DNA from: an uncultured delta proteobacterium
Lineage (GTDB): Bacteria; Desulfobacterota; Desulfomonilia; UBA1062
Reading direction: 5' to 3'
Length of the DNA: 64,000 bases
NCBI GenBank assembly: GCA_963785235.1
Contig: CAWAUM010000001.1
Location: forward strand, 576,001-640,000
Position numbers and translations under genes: made by a program. The notes under the pieces are model-generated. The model was not told where the DNA came from and searched no databases. It saw nothing but the letters and a program-made list of their open reading frames with translations. Positions 10,730 to 23,703 of this stretch are shown here, piece by piece; position 1 is the stretch's first letter, and each line of letters starts with the position of its first letter.

Positions 10730-12515
10730 TTACGAAAGGGCAGGAGAAAGCGGCTTGCCATAGTCCTCTCTCACCTTGTTCCGCAAGACCTTTCCCACAG
10801 GGCTCATGGGAAAGGCATCGGCAAACACTACCGACTTGGGCCGCTTGAACCCGGTCATCTTGTCTTTGCACCATGAGATGATCTCCTGATCCGTTGCTGC
10901 CATCCCGGGTTTCAAAACCACGACCGCACGGACGATGTTGCCCCAGGTGTCGTCGGGTACGCCGATAACGCACACCGAGTCGATCATTTCATGCTGGGAC
11001 ATGATCTCTTCCACCTCGTGGGGGAAGACCTTTTCTGCGCCTGTTGAAATGCATTCTCCCTTGCGGTCCACCACGATGAGTTCGCCATCGGCGTCCATAT
11101 AACCAAGATCACCCGAAAGGAACCATCCGTCTTTGATCACCTCGGATGTCTTTTTTGCCTCGCCATAATAACCCTTCATGATGGTGGCGCTCTGATAGAG
11201 GATTTCGCCGGTGCTTCCCCGGGGCACATCCTCACCCTTCTCGTTCACAATGCGCATTTTGATGCCTGACAGGGGCTGACCTACAGAGTTGTTCTTAATG
11301 CTCTCCGGAGAGGTATCAATCCGAAGTGCCGTATCAGGCGTCATCTCGGTCTGGCCGAACACATCAACAACGATGGAATTCGGGAATTTTTCCAGGATCT
11401 GTTTTTTCCGGCTGCCCGGGTTCGCCCCGGCGCCCGTCATGGCCACGAGCACCGACCTGCGGTCATAACGATCTATATCCGGGTAGTCGAGGACCATTTT
11501 CCACTGGGTCGGCACGAGGAGCACCACCATGGGCCGCTCGCGGGCAATGGTTGCGAGCACCTCGGCAGGGTCGAAATGGATGCCTTCCCTGAGGATGAAA
11601 TGGATGAGTCCGGACATGGGTCCGATGATGAGGAGCTGGTAGTTGGCCATATGGAAGAGCGGCATGTTCATGAATATGGAAAGCCCGCCGGTGATCCTGC
11701 CAAGAAGACGGGCTGATGGGCTTTACCTGTTGTCTTGGCCAGGAGTGCGGGTGCATTCTGAGAGACGAACGAGCGGACCTTCGGGAAGCGCCATAAGTGT
11801 GTTAAGCGGCTGCTTCGAGCCACGGTTTGTGGACGAGGCTTGCGAGTATCCTGCCGAAATTCACCTTTTCATCACAGGCAAGCCTGCCGATCAGGTCGCC
11901 GAAGAGCGATTCGGCGAGGCTCCAGAAGTTGGAGTAGGTGAGCACAACACCCTTGGGCATTCCGGTGGTGCCGCCTGTGTAGCAGATAGTGCATACGTCC
12001 TCTTCTGTTGTGCATGCAGGGGGTTCTATGGCCGGGTGTGAGGCTATGGCAGCTTCATAATTGAGCATGCCTTGTGGTACCGAACGTCCATCGCGTGCCA
12101 GACAGACGGTTTGCCTGACGGCGGGGCAGTCTTTCAGGGCTTTACAGGTCTCATCCAAGAACAGATCCTCCAAGATGAGCACGGTCGAATCCGAGTGAGT
12201 GAGCTGGTATTCGATCTCACGGGCCACAAACCTGAAATTGATGGGTATGGGTACGGCCCCGAGCTTCTGGAGGGCATAGTTGGCCTCAATGAATTCCGGG
12301 CAGTCGTGGAACAGGATAGCAGCGTGGTCCCCCTTCTTTATACCCAGGTCTTTCAGGGCTCCGGCCAGGGAGTTGACCCGCTCATTGAGCCCTTGCCAGG
12401 TTATGTTTGTGTTTCCGCAGGTGATGGCGATTCCCTTTGGGTTGAATCGGGCCATGCCGGCAAGGAGCTCGCCGAAGCTTTTCCTGGCGATGGGTTTCAG
12501 TTTAGGCCATGTCAT
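10730..12515 (-). CDS. AMP-binding acyl-CoA ligase (frameshifts near 11700-11810)
   Basis: YTGGTTGMPKG in 11802..12548; FGQTE, DGWFLSGDLG and GKVLR in 10730..11671. Confidence 0.88.
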
Positions 12516-12637
12516 GATGCCTCCCCTAACCATAGTACAAAGAATCACCGGGCAAGGCGCCCGAGGTATATCGTATGATAGTTATATTATAATACAGAAA
12601 AAGAGGCAGGAATACAATGATGATGAGAAGTTAGGTG

Positions 12638-12668
12638 AAAAAAGGGTGGGCCGGATACCGGCCCACCC
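12638..12668 (-). terminator. Intrinsic terminator
   Basis: GGGTGGGCCGG-ATA-CCGGCCCACCC stem followed by TTTTTT on the minus strand. Confidence 0.8.
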
Positions 12669-12738
12669 AATGTTCTTGGAGGTTTTTCATGATGTTTTTA
12701 AATTAACTATCCACCTTTTGTCATGAAGAGAGTCGGTC

Positions 12739-14384
12739 TCAGGAGTACATAGTCCTGATGAGCTTCTTGTCGATCTTGCCCACGCTTGTCTTGGGTATTT
12801 CTTCGGTTATGATATACCTGTCCGGGATGGCGTATTTCGGTATCTTGCCGTCAGAGGCGCAGATCTTCATGAACTGCTTTGAGAACTTCTTCGGTAACGC
12901 CGTCACCCCTGAACTGGGGTTTCAGGATAACCAGCAGCATGGGCCTCTCTCCCCACTTGGGGTCGGGAATGCCGATGGCCGCCGCCTCCTGGACCGCATC
13001 ATGGGTGCTGATGGCGTTTTCCAGGTCAAGTGAGGATACCCACTCGCCCCCTGTCTTGATGACATCCTTGAGCCGGTCCGTGATCTGGATGTACCCTTCG
13101 TCATCCATATAACCCACATCACCGGTATGGAGCCATCCGCCGCTCCAGAGTTCCTCGGTCTTTTCCGGGTCCCTGTAGTAGCCCTGGGTGAACCAGGGGG
13201 AGCGTACAACGATCTCACCGGTGGCCTGCCGTCGTTCGGCAGGAAGTTGCCCTGCGGGTCGGCGATCCTCACATCCACGAGCGAGACGGGAATGCCTGTC
13301 TTGATGACGACGTCGCTTTTCTTCTCGTTGTCATAGTCTTTCATGGATGGCTTTAGGTTCGAAACGCTGATCACCGGGCAGGTCTCGGACATGCCGTAGC
13401 CGGCCATCACCTGGATACCCAGGTCGAGTGCTGCCTTGGCAAGGCCCTTGGGGAGCCTTGCGCCGCCGATGATGACCTTCCAGTATGAGAGATCGAACTT
13501 TTTGCATATGGGGCTGGCCACCAGCATCTGCAGGATAGTGGGCACACAGTGGGAATAGGTGACCCTTTCTTCCAAGATGAGCTTGATGAGCACTTCGGGC
13601 TCATATTTGCCCAGGATAGACCTGTTTGATGCCCATCATGGTGGCGATGTAGGGGAATCCCCAGGCATGGACATGGAACATGGGTGTGATGGGCATGTAG
13701 ACATCCGAGGTGGAGAACGCAGCGGTGTGTCATGGCAGCTGACTGCTATACACACGCTCATGGTGTGGAGAACGAGTTGCCGGTGGGTGAAGAACACCCC
13801 CTTGGGAAGCCCTGTTGTCCCGGTAGTGTAAAAGGTGGTGGCCTTGGTGTTTTCATCAAGCTCCGGAAAGTCGTAATCCGGGGATGCCTTGGCCAGCATC
13901 TGCTCGTATTCCCCATCGAGGTGGAGGTCCGTCTGCGGCATCTCTCGGTATTGTCATTGAGGAGAACAACCTTTTTTACCGTCTTCAGTTTGTCCCTTAT
14001 GGACGCCAGCAAAGGCAGAAAGTCGGCATTGATAAAGACGACATCGGCCTGGGCATGGTTTATGGTGTACTCGATCTGGTCCGGGGAAAGACGCCAGTTC
14101 ACCGTAAACAGCACTGCGCCCAGCATGGGGATGGCGAAAAAGCTTTCCAGATAGCGATGTGAGTCATAGTCGAAGACGGCAACCGTATCTCCCTGTTTCA
14201 CGCCGAGGCTGTTCAGTGCGCTTCCAAGCCGGTTGATCCTCTCAAAGAGATCGCTGTAGGTATAGCGCACCTTGTCCCGGTACACGATCTCCTGATTCCG
14301 AGCGCTGATTTTCGGGCTTGTCAGCAGATCTTTTATGGTGAGCTGAAACCGATAATGTTGTCCGTTAAGGGATTTTGCAGCCAT
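12739..14384 (-). CDS. Fatty-acid--CoA ligase (FadD/DmdB-like), multiple frameshifts
   Basis: Pieces 13758..14426, 13636..13941 (YTTGTTGLPKG), 12922..13593 (GYGMSET) and 12851..13117 (DRLKDVIKTGGEWVSS) form one gene. Confidence 0.88.
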
Positions 14385-14644
14385 ACTGACCTCCTTAGAG
14401 TCATTGTAGTATCTATTCTGAATCATCGGTCAAAACAGGTTTCATAACAATCAGTTGCAGACTGTTTCTTGTGTGCATGAAGGGAGGAAAGATTGGTAGG
14501 GAGATGACCTACAGCAAAAACATACTTCTTGATAATATAATACCCTTGCGTAATATACATATAAAACTACAGAACCTCCAAGAGGACTGTCGAACAGACC
14601 GGGGATAGCATTGGAAACCTTAAAACCGATCTTGCCTGTGATCA

Positions 14645-15514
14645 ATGATGCTGAAGGGGCTTACGTCCCAGGACACATTGCCGTTTATTATCGATTCTCA
14701 TGTACACATATTCCCTGATCCTGTTTTTCAATTGATCTGGCAGTGGTTTGATCAATTCGCATGGACAATACGGTATAGACTGACATCTGCCGAGGTCCTG
14801 AGATACCTGTTGTCCCGCGGTGTCGGGCACATTGTTGCCCTGCAGTATGCACACAGGCCGGGCATTGCCCGTGAGCTGAACAGGTATATGGTTCAAATCT
14901 GCCAGGATTTTTCCGGGAAGGTAACCGGTATGGCCACGGTTTTTCCAGGCGAAAAAGATAGTGATGCCATCCTGAAAGAGGCGTTTGGGAATGGATTGCA
15001 GGGCGTAAAGCTCCATGCCCATGTACAGTGCTTTGATATGAACAGCGAAGCAATGGATGTTGTGTATGAAACCTGTTCGTCTGAAGACAAGCCTTTGATA
15101 ATGCATGTGGGAAGAGAGCCCAAGAGCCCTGCATACAAATGCGATCCATACCTGTTATGCAATGCGGATAAGCTGGAACAGGTGATCAGGAATTATCCAA
15201 AACTCAAGGTATGTGTCCCGCATCTGGGTGTCGATGAGTTCACAAGGTATAAGCAGCTGATCGAAAAATATGATAATCTCTGGCTTGATACTGCTATGCT
15301 CCTTGCCGATTATTTTCCCATCGAGAATCCGTTTAGATTGGATGAGATGAGACCTGACCGTATCATGTACGGATCAGATTTTCCTAACATACCCTATGCC
15401 TGGGATCGTGAGATCAAATGGTTTCTCAAGAGCGGATTATCAGATGATTTCGCAGAGTCTGTACTGAGTAAAAACGCCGCGAATTTTTTTCAACTGAGTT
15501 CTCATTGTTCCTAG
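14645..15514 (+). CDS. Amidohydrolase family protein
   Basis: IIDSHVH metal motif, GVKLH, PHLG, IMYGSDFP. Confidence 0.88.
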   Translation: MMLKGLTSQDTLPFIIDSHVHIFPDPVFQLIWQWFDQFAWTIRYRLTSAEVLRYLLSRGVGHIVALQYAHRPGIARELNRYMVQICQDFSGKVTGMATVFPGEKDSDAILKEAFGNGLQGVKLHAHVQCFDMNSEAMDVVYETCSSEDKPLIMHVGREPKSPAYKCDPYLLCNADKLEQVIRNYPKLKVCVPHLGVDEFTRYKQLIEKYDNLWLDTAMLLADYFPIENPFRLDEMRPDRIMYGSDFPNIPYAWDREIKWFLKSGLSDDFAESVLSKNAANFFQLSSHCS

Positions 15515-15516
15515 TT

Positions 15517-16202
15517 TCATTCCTGTGACGGGCGTTCCTTCTCAACCCAGTTCAGGGCATGCCTCAGGAGTTCGGTGGCGTTCTTCAGGTTCAGTTTTTC
15601 CTTGATCCTCTCCCGGTAGGTCCCGATGGTCTTGACGCTCAGGTGCAGTCTGTGGCCGATCTCGCTGATGCTCAGACCTTCACCGATAAGCGGGAAGACC
15701 TCGATCTCCCGGTCGGTCAGGGCCTGGAGCGGAGATTCTGAAGGTTCTTTCGGCCCTTCGATGAACCTGGTGAGGATATTCTCGGTGACCTTGCTGCTGG
15801 CATAACAACCCCCCCTGAGCACCTGGCGGATTGCCTGGACAACCGATTCGGAGGCCTCCTGCTTCATGATGTATCCCCTGGCCCCGGCCCTGAAGGCGCG
15901 TTCCGCATAGAGTGATTCATCATGCATGGAGATGACCAGCATGGGGATGCCCTTGTATGATCTTGTGGACTTCCTTGATGAGGTCGATGCCGCTCATGTC
16001 CTTCAAGGTGATATCCACAATGATCATATCGGGATTCAGCGTAGTATGGCCTTCAGGGCGCCTTGGTAATCCTCGGCCTCACCGCAAACCTCAAGGTCAT
16101 CTTCCTGGCTGAGGAGCTGCATCAGGCCATGCCTGAATATGGGGTGGTCGTCCACGATGAGGATCCGGTGCTTTGGCCGCTGCGGGCTCTATCCTGCGGC
16201 AT
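15517..16202 (-). CDS. NarL/LuxR family response regulator (frameshifted)
   Basis: ILIVDDHP near the 5' end; ISMHDE..YAERAFRAGARGYIMK; LTDREIEV...LSVKTIGTYRERIKEKL HTH. Confidence 0.88.
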
Positions 16203-16218
16203 GGTATCCTATCCTTTC

Positions 16219-17682
16219 TTAGGGGGTGAAGGTGCAGGTCACCAGCGTTCCGCCGCTCGGGTCGGACTCGATCTTCAAGGAGGCGCCGATCATCCTCGCC
16301 CGGTAATTCATGATCCTCAAGCCTATACCCGACGGCCTTGGAAACATCCTTGATACCCACGCCGTTGTCCAGGATGGACAGCGAGACCACCCCGCTGTTG
16401 TTCAGCAGATCGATGGAGATCTTTGTGGCCTTGCCGTGCTCAATGGCGTTGTGGATGGACTCCTTGGCGATATAGTAGAGGTGGGTGGACAAGGTGTTGT
16501 CCTTGAGCGGAATATGCCTGGGACAATTAAAGAGGCAGGAGATGCTGAAGATGCTCGACGTGGATGCCGCGAGCTCCTCCAGGGATGATTCCAGCCCGTG
16601 GCTGGTGAGGTGGACCGGGCACAGCCCCCGGGCGAGCCTCCTGGTCTTCACGATGGCCTCCTTTCACGAGGTCTCCGATCTCGCCCGCATAGCGTGCATC
16701 TTCAGGGGAGTGCATGGAGAGCTTGTTCTTGAGCACCTTGGTCATGACATCGATGCCGATGAGGTGCTGTCCGAGGTCGTCATGGAGCTCGTAACCGATC
16801 TTCTGTCGCTCGCGCTCCGAGGTGTCCAGGACCTCCTTTTCCAGCTGTTTCATGGCCGTGATGTCGGTAATCACCGCAAAACCTCCGATGAAACGGCCCT
16901 GCGAGTCGTACATGGCCCGCGGTGAGACGATGGTGTACACAGGGATGCCGTCGCGGCCCCTCCAGGTGACCTCGTAGGATTCCGGGGCGTCTGTTCTGCC
17001 GCATGTTGTGCATCCACAGCTCCAGGTCCCGTTCGCTGATGAATTTCCTGGTAGGCCTGCCCATGATCTCTTCACGCGCCAGCTGGAGGATCTTGCATAT
17101 CTTGTTGTTCACATAGGTGATGATGCCCCGCCTGTTCTGAATGCCAAGGCCTTCATTCATGGTCTCCACGAGCTGCCGGAAGAGCTCCTCGCTGTCCCGC
17201 AGGGCTTTTTCCGCCTTGATGCTCTCGGTGATGTCCACCATGGAGGCGATGCTCTGCGTGGTGCCCGGGATCATGGCGATGGTCATGAAGATGTTCAGTA
17301 TCCCGCCGTCCTTGTTCCTGATCTTGAATTCATAGTTCCTTGGGGCTGCAGCGGAATCCTGCCGCCTCTTCATATGGTATTCCAGCAGGCGGTTTATATC
17401 GTCTTCGGCCACATACTTGGTCCAGGTCTGGCCGATGATCTCATCGCGGGTGTATCCGGTGAAATTCGCGAAGTCCGAGTTCATCATGGAGACAGTGGTG
17501 TCTTTTTCAATGACGATTGTTGCAGTTCCGGAATTTTCGAACAGGGTCCGGTAGAAGTTCTCCGAGTGGGTGAGCTCTGCCTCAATCTGCAGGTACCTGT
17601 GCGCCTGGTCTTTGAGTTGCTCGTTCTCCTTTCGCAAGGAAGCGAGTTCATTGATGAGCTGTTGTTTTGTCTTGTCCTTCAT
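16219..17682 (-). CDS. PAS-domain sensor histidine kinase (HisKA_3), frameshifted
   Basis: Two PAS domains, ERQKIGYELHDDLGQ H-box, ESIHNAIEHG and DNGVG ATPase motifs across several frames. Confidence 0.85.
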
Positions 17683-17821
17683 TGCCAAATTCCTTGGAAG
17701 CAAGAATCCCTGTAATTTCCAGAGCTGCGCTCTGGAAATTATCCTCTTCAACCCTGCATATCATCTGTGATGATATGCAGGGTTGAAGAGGCCGAATCAT
17801 TCCTCTGAAGAGAATGTGCTC

Positions 17822-18601
17822 TCAGGTTGTCAGCCGTACCGGGATGTTGCTTTCCCTCAGAAACTCCTTGATCCCACGGACCGTGTACTCCCTGTAATGA
17901 ACCATGGAGGCGATGAGGGCCGCATCCGCTTTCGCTTCGGTAAACACGTCCCGTATATGCTCGGGTTTGCCTGCACCGCCCGACGCAATGACCGGGATGG
18001 TCACATTTCTGGATATGAGTGAGGTAAGGGTGAGCTCATAGCCGGCAGTGGTGCCGTCGGCATCGATGGAGTTCAGGCAGATCTCCCCTGCACCAAGGTC
18101 CTGGGCCTTCCTGGCCCAATCAAGGGCGTCCATGCCCATGGGGGTCCTGCCGCCGTTGATCACCACCTCATACCCGCAGGGGATCTTGCCGGTTATATCA
18201 ACCTTTTTCGCATCCATGCCCAGAACGATACACTGGTTGCCGAAATGCCGGGCGCCTTCAGAGATGATCTGGGGGTTCAGCACTGCGGCGCTGTTTACGC
18301 TGATCTTCTCGGCCCCGGCATCCAGGACAGAGTACATGTCACCCAGCGTGCGGATGCCCCCGCCTACCGAGAAAGGGATGAAGATGTTCTCGGCAACGCC
18401 GCGGACCACATCGATCATGATGTCCCTGCGGTCCGACGATGCGGTGATATCGTAGAAAACAAGCTCATCCACACCCTGCTCGTAGTAGTCGCGCGCCATC
18501 TCCACCGGGTCGCCGATGTCGATGTTGCCTTTGAACTTGATGCCCTTGGTGGTCTTGCCGTCCCTCACGTCGAGGCAGATAATGATGCGTTTGCTGAGCA
18601 T
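17822..18601 (-). CDS. hisF: Imidazole glycerol phosphate synthase cyclase subunit
   Basis: [43 protein letters not shown]. Confidence 0.97.
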   Translation of the reverse strand: MLSKRIIICLDVRDGKTTKGIKFKGNIDIGDPVEMARDYYEQGVDELVFYDITASSDRRDIMIDVVRGVAENIFIPFSVGGGIRTLGDMYSVLDAGAEKISVNSAAVLNPQIISEGARHFGNQCIVLGMDAKKVDITGKIPCGYEVVINGGRTPMGMDALDWARKAQDLGAGEICLNSIDADGTTAGYELTLTSLISRNVTIPVIASGGAGKPEHIRDVFTEAKADAALIASMVHYREYTVRGIKEFLRESNIPVRLTT

Positions 18602-18685
18602 AGTAGTGACTCATAAGGCAAACATGAAGAAAATTCCAGTTTTTTATAAACCTGGATTTTGCGTTTAAGATGGGTAAAAACCTGA

Positions 18686-18773
18686 TCCGTTCAAATCAGT
18701 CATCTTGCAGCCTTTAAGAATCCGTGAATATTCACGTTCTCCTAAAGGCTGCAAGATGACTGATTTTAACGGA
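18686..18773. repeat. Long intergenic inverted repeat
   Basis: AAATCAGTCATCTTGCAGCCTTTA pairs perfectly with TAAAGGCTGCAAGATGACTGATTT; inner palindrome CGTGAATATTCACG. Confidence 0.85.
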
Positions 18774-18935
18774 CCTATTTTAAAAACAATTTCATGATCA
18801 CTTATGAGTATTTATGCTTAAGGTCACCATGAAACGCATAGGTGTTATGGGTACATTCAATTGCAAAATCCGGGATAAATGTGCAGCCGAGGGGAAAAAG
18901 CAGACTCCCCCCGGCTGCACCGGGCATGGTTTGTT

Positions 18936-20806
18936 TTATGAGGCGAAGCTCTCTTCTGCGATCTCCATCATGGAGAGGTCTTCGCTCTTGATTGACTTCA
19001 CTGTTCCGTCTATCTCCGGCAGGACATTCTTGATGAAGTACCTGGCGGACTTAAGCTTGCCGTCGTAGAAGGCAGCGTCCTTGTTCTCCTTCACAAATGG
19101 GGCAAGGGCGAATGGGTCGGCGGCGTTCACACCCTTGGCGCTGCACAGGCCCGTGAGTTTTTCTTGTGCTATCTGGGCCTCCCAGAGCAGGAGCCAGGCG
19201 CATACGATCTTGCCCATCATCATGAGGAACGGGTAGGCATTGCCTACAGGGATGAGGAACTTGCCCGCCTTGCCGCAGGAGGCAAAGAACATGGCGGTCT
19301 CAGCCAGGGCGTTGATGCCTGCCTGAACATCTTCAGCAAGGGATTTCAGGGGTTCTATGGTGCGGCACTTGGCCACGGTCGCACCCATTTCGCCCAGAAG
19401 GGTCATGAAGTAGGCACCCTTTTTCATGCCCATCTTCCTGCCCACGAGGTCAAGGGCCTGGATGCCGTTGGTGCCTTCATAAATGGATGCGATCTTTTCA
19501 TCGCGCATGAACTGCTCGATGGGGTATTCGCTGCAGATAGCCGTAGCCGCCGTAGCACTGCATGGCAGTCTCGGTCACCTTAAAGCCGATGTCCGTGCAG
19601 TAGGCCTTGATGATGGGGGTGAGCACCTCCACGATTCCCAGCCACTTCTCCGCCTCTACCGGGTCTTTGATGCTGGCAGCCTTGTCACCGCAGGTTGTGG
19701 CATAGTACATGAGGGCCCTCATGCTCTCCACGTTGGACTTCATCCACAACAGCATGCGCCTCACATCAGGGTGCTGAGATGATGGGTACGCGAGGGGCAT
19801 CGGGGTTCTTGAATTCCAGCAGCGATGATCCCTGGAGCCGCTCCTTGGTATAGTTCAGTGCATGGAGGTAGGCAACGGAAGCGCTCGAGAGGCCCTGCAG
19901 CCCTGTGGCGATCCTGGCCTCGTTCATCATCTGGAACATGACCTTCATGCCCTCGCGCTCTACCGCCCATGAGTTCGCCGTAGCAGTTGTTGTTGTCGCC
20001 GAAATTGATGACGCAGGTGGAGCTGCCGTGGATGCCCATCTTCTCCTCGATCTTGGCGATCTCGAAGTCGTTGCGTCTTCCCAGCGAGCCGTCTTCATTC
20101 ACCAGGAACTTGGGTACGATGAAGATGGAGATGCCCTTGGTTCCCGCAGGGTCGCCCTCGATCCTGGCGAGCACGGGATGGATGATGTTCTCGGTGAGGT
20201 CCTGATCTCCGCCGGTGATGAACATCTTGGTTCCCTGGAGCTTGAAGGTGCCGTCAGGCTGCCTGATGGCCTTTGTGCTGAGGTTTCCCACGTCGGTGCC
20301 TGCGCCCGGTTCGGTCAGGCACATACTGCCGCCCCACTGGCCGGTGACCATCTTGGGGAGGTATTTCTTCTTTCTGCTCCTCGGCTGCCATAGGTCTCGA
20401 TGAGGTGTGCCGCCCCTTCTCCGAGGCCCGGGTAGGAGGAGAATGCAAAATTCTGCATGTACCAGTCATGGGCAGCGATCCGCATGATGAAAGGAAGCCC
20501 CTGGCCGCCGTGCTCGGCGGGGAATGACATGCAGTTCCACCCGGCCTCGCAGAAGAGCTTGAAGGGGCGGTGGAAGCACTTGGGCACGTGGACCTGGCCG
20601 TTCTCCAGCTTGCACCCCTGTTTGTCGGATTCAGCAAGGGTGGGGAAGACCTCTTCCACGGCGAACTTTTGTGCCTCGGTCAGGATCATCTCGAACATGT
20701 CCTTGGAGAAGTCCGCGTATCTTTCGAGTTCGCAGAGTTTGTCAATCTCCAGCATTTCAAACAAAACAAAGTTCTGGTCACGCTCATCCAAAATCAGGTT
20801 GGCCAT
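18936..20806 (-). CDS. Acyl-CoA dehydrogenase (multiple frameshifts)
   Basis: SMCLTEPGAGTD, GTKMFITGG, EEKMGIHGS, QCYGGYGY, SIYEGTNGIQALDL spread over five ORFs. Confidence 0.93.
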
Positions 20807-20844
20807 CAAGTCCTCCTCGTATGATTAAGTATATAGTTTATTTC

Positions 20845-21879
20845 TTACGTAGCATCAGGGTTGATTGGTTTGTTTCCGGCCTTCCTCGGCGGCGACAACC
20901 GCTTGATATGAGCCAGTGCCTTGCGGTTGAGGAGGACCTCCTTTCTTAGGAAATGGATCTGGGAAGCAAGGAAGCCGAAGGAAAGGATCTGGATGCCGCC
21001 TAATATGAACAGGATCATGAGGGTGATGAGCGGGCGGTTGGGGTTGAGGATAAGATTGTAGTAGAGGTACAGTATGTGTCCGCCAAGCCCCAGGCCTATG
21101 AGGAAGAGCACGACCCCCACAAAGCCGAAGAGCAGTGCAGGCCGTTCGAAGATGGTGAATAAAAGGTGCGAGATGGCAGTTGACCTGAATTTGAATTTTG
21201 ACTTCCCCTTCTTCCTGGAAGTGAGAACGGCAGGTATTTCCCTGACATGGTACCCCATGGCAAGTATCTTGGAGAGGATCTCCAGGTGTATTTCCTTGCC
21301 GTCGGATTCCAGGTCGAGGCTGCTGATGACCTCGTTGCGATAGCACCTCACGATGCAGGTCAGCGTATGGATCTTTTCAGGAAGGGCGAGCTGGAGCACC
21401 TTGTTGCCCATCCTTGAGACGAAGAGCCTGTCCCTGGGGACCCCCTCGGTCCCGCCGCCTTCCATATAAGGGCTCACAAGAACTATGTCGATGTCGCTTT
21501 CTTCGTCGAGCACCCGTGCCATCTTCAGTATGTAGGCAGGGTCATAGGAGAGGTCGGCATCAATAGTAGAGATATACCTGCCGCTTGCAGCCTTGAACCC
21601 ATACCTCAGCGCCTTTCCCCTGCCGCCGTTCTTCCAGTATGAAACGACACGAATGTGCGGATCGGCCGAAGCGACCTTGTCCAGGACATCGAGTGTGTGA
21701 TCCGTGCTGCCGTCGTTGACCGGGATGATCTCATAGGGATCGCCGGCCTCTTCGAGGAGTCTTTTTACCCGTGCGATTGTCTCGGTGACGTTCTCTTCTT
21801 CATTGAACATGGGGATGATTACACTGATCTTGACCGGGTAATCCTCGTGCTCAATGCCCTTTTCAGCAACCTTGTGCAT
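20845..21879 (-). CDS. GT2 glycosyltransferase (polyprenol-phosphate glycosyltransferase-like)
   Basis: ISVIIPMFNEE, VNDGSTD, IDADLSY and two C-terminal TM helices. Confidence 0.9.
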   Translation of the reverse strand: MHKVAEKGIEHEDYPVKISVIIPMFNEEENVTETIARVKRLLEEAGDPYEIIPVNDGSTDHTLDVLDKVASADPHIRVVSYWKNGGRGKALRYGFKAASGRYISTIDADLSYDPAYILKMARVLDEESDIDIVLVSPYMEGGGTEGVPRDRLFVSRMGNKVLQLALPEKIHTLTCIVRCYRNEVISSLDLESDGKEIHLEILSKILAMGYHVREIPAVLTSRKKGKSKFKFRSTAISHLLFTIFERPALLFGFVGVVLFLIGLGLGGHILYLYYNLILNPNRPLITLMILFILGGIQILSFGFLASQIHFLRKEVLLNRKALAHIKRLSPPRKAGNKPINPDAT

Positions 21880-22344
21880 GGCTTGATCATAGCGAATATT
21901 CAATAGGTTGTATAGAAGTTCTTTGTGCCTTAAATGGGGTTTCATGAGGAAAATCAAAAAATACTTTAACCATTCCGGCTGATCCATGATCATGGACACG
22001 CTTATCCGTACACACAAGGATCTCCCCCGATGGGAGATCCAAACCAAGGAGGAGGAGGAATGAGGCAGGTGGAACTAAAATGTTCCTTTAAATTTTTTTG
22101 CAGATGTTTCTTATATTGCAATGGAGATGCCAAAGACAGCATTTGGTCAACCCATTGATAATAAAAATGAAAAAAACGTTACTCCCTCGGCCTGCCTTCC
22201 ATGGATGGAAAAGTTATTCCTATTTATTTGTAAGGTAGTTCTCAATAAGAAGAGCAATTGCAAATCTTACTGGATGTTATTCTGGCGCAAGCTTCGAATC
22301 AAGTTTTTAAGGATTGAAGAGGCTTCGCAAAAGGGAGTTTTTTT

Positions 22345-22410
22345 TCGTCCGGAAGCGGGGACCCGGGATCCTGAAAAATACTGGATTCGAAGCTTTCGAG
22401 GGATGACAGA
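22345..22410. repeat. Degenerate REP-like palindromic element
   Basis: CGTCCGGAAGCGGGGACCCGGG...CTGGATTCGAAGCTTTCGAGGGATGAC resembles the GTCATTCCCGCGAAAGCGGGAATCCAG...CTGGATTCCCGCTTTCGCGGGAATGAC intergenic repeat type. Confidence 0.4.
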
Positions 22411-22476
22411 TAATACATATACGACAGCCTCTTTGTGGGGGTGACAGTTTTTTTGATTCTTCCAAAGAGCTCAGTG

Positions 22477-23312
22477 TTATGGATTGAGCAGGTTAAGAAA
22501 GATCGTAAGGAGTTCCTTGTCAAGTCCACAATCTCCTAACGAGGATGCATTCCTGTAGGGGCCATGAAAATCCGATCCTCCGGTTATCAGCAGCCCCAGC
22601 CTTGATGCAAGACGTGCATACCATGTTGTCTGCTCAGGGGTATGATCCGGATAATAAACCTCCACCCCGGCAAGGCCTGCCTTTTTAAGGCTTAGGATAA
22701 ATGTTTCGGCCTCTTTCGGGCTCAGGGACAGTGTATAGGGGTGGGCAAGCACAGGCATTCCGCCATAATGTATGATGAGAGCCATAGCCTTTTCCCAGGT
22801 CATCTTTTCCTTGGGCACATAGGCCTTCTTGCCTTTGCCCAGGTACTCATGGAATGCTTCATCAAAGGAGCGGACATATCCTTTCTTGAGCAGGGCCTTG
22901 GCAATGTGGGGCCTGCCGACCTGCGCCGCACCGGCCTCGGTCATGACGTCATCTTCGGTAAGCATGCAACCCAGCGCATTCAATTTTTCAATGACCTTTG
23001 GTATACGCATGTTTACGGGCCTTCTGCACTTCGCTCAGGGCGATCTCAAGTCCATCAGGATAGGTGGGGAAATATCCCAGGAGGTGAAGCATGCCGGGTT
23101 CGTATTCGGCACTGATCTCAACACCTGAGATCACCCGCACGGCGTGTTTGTGTCATGGAGTCCAAGGCATGGGGCACCCCTGCCATGGTATCATGATCGG
23201 TCAGGGCTATGGCTGCAAGTCCTATGGATGCTGCTTGAGTTACGAGTGCCTCAGGGCTCAGATCACCATCGGAGGCATTTGAGTGGGTGTGGAGATCGGC
23301 ACATACCTGCAA
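22477..23312 (-). CDS. PHP domain phosphoesterase (TrpH/YciV-like), frameshifted
   Basis: DLHTHSNASDG, ALTDHD, GRPHIA, LAHPY, TGGSDFHG. Confidence 0.9.
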
Positions 23313-23323
23313 GACTTAATCTT

Positions 23324-23689
23324 TCATATGGGGACAGTAGTCTCCAGGACTTGTGCAATCTTTTTTTTGAGCTCGGTGAGGTCCGAGGATTTTACCACGT
23401 AAGCATCTGCGGCTATGGATTTGATGTCCACCTTGTAGCTTCCATAGGCGCTGCAGAGGATGACAGGGAGGTTATAGAACTTGTTCCGGATCTCCTGGAG
23501 GACATCCAGGCCGTTACTGGAAACCATCTTGATATCGAGGATGATAACATCGGGTTTTTCTTTCTCAATGCGTTCAAGAATTCCTGAACCGTCGGAGGCC
23601 ACTGCCACCTCATAGCCTTCTTCTTCCAGCTCCTCTGCATAGAGCAGCCTGATGTGCTTCTCGTCATCGACAATCAATACCTTTTGCAT
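23324..23689 (-). CDS. Single-domain response regulator
   Basis: MQKVLIVDDE...ILDIKM...LCSAY...YVVK receiver only. Confidence 0.9.
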   Translation of the reverse strand: MQKVLIVDDEKHIRLLYAEELEEEGYEVAVASDGSGILERIEKEKPDVIILDIKMVSSNGLDVLQEIRNKFYNLPVILCSAYGSYKVDIKSIAADAYVVKSSDLTELKKKIAQVLETTVPI

Positions 23690-23703
23690 CGAGAGCTCCT
23701 TTC

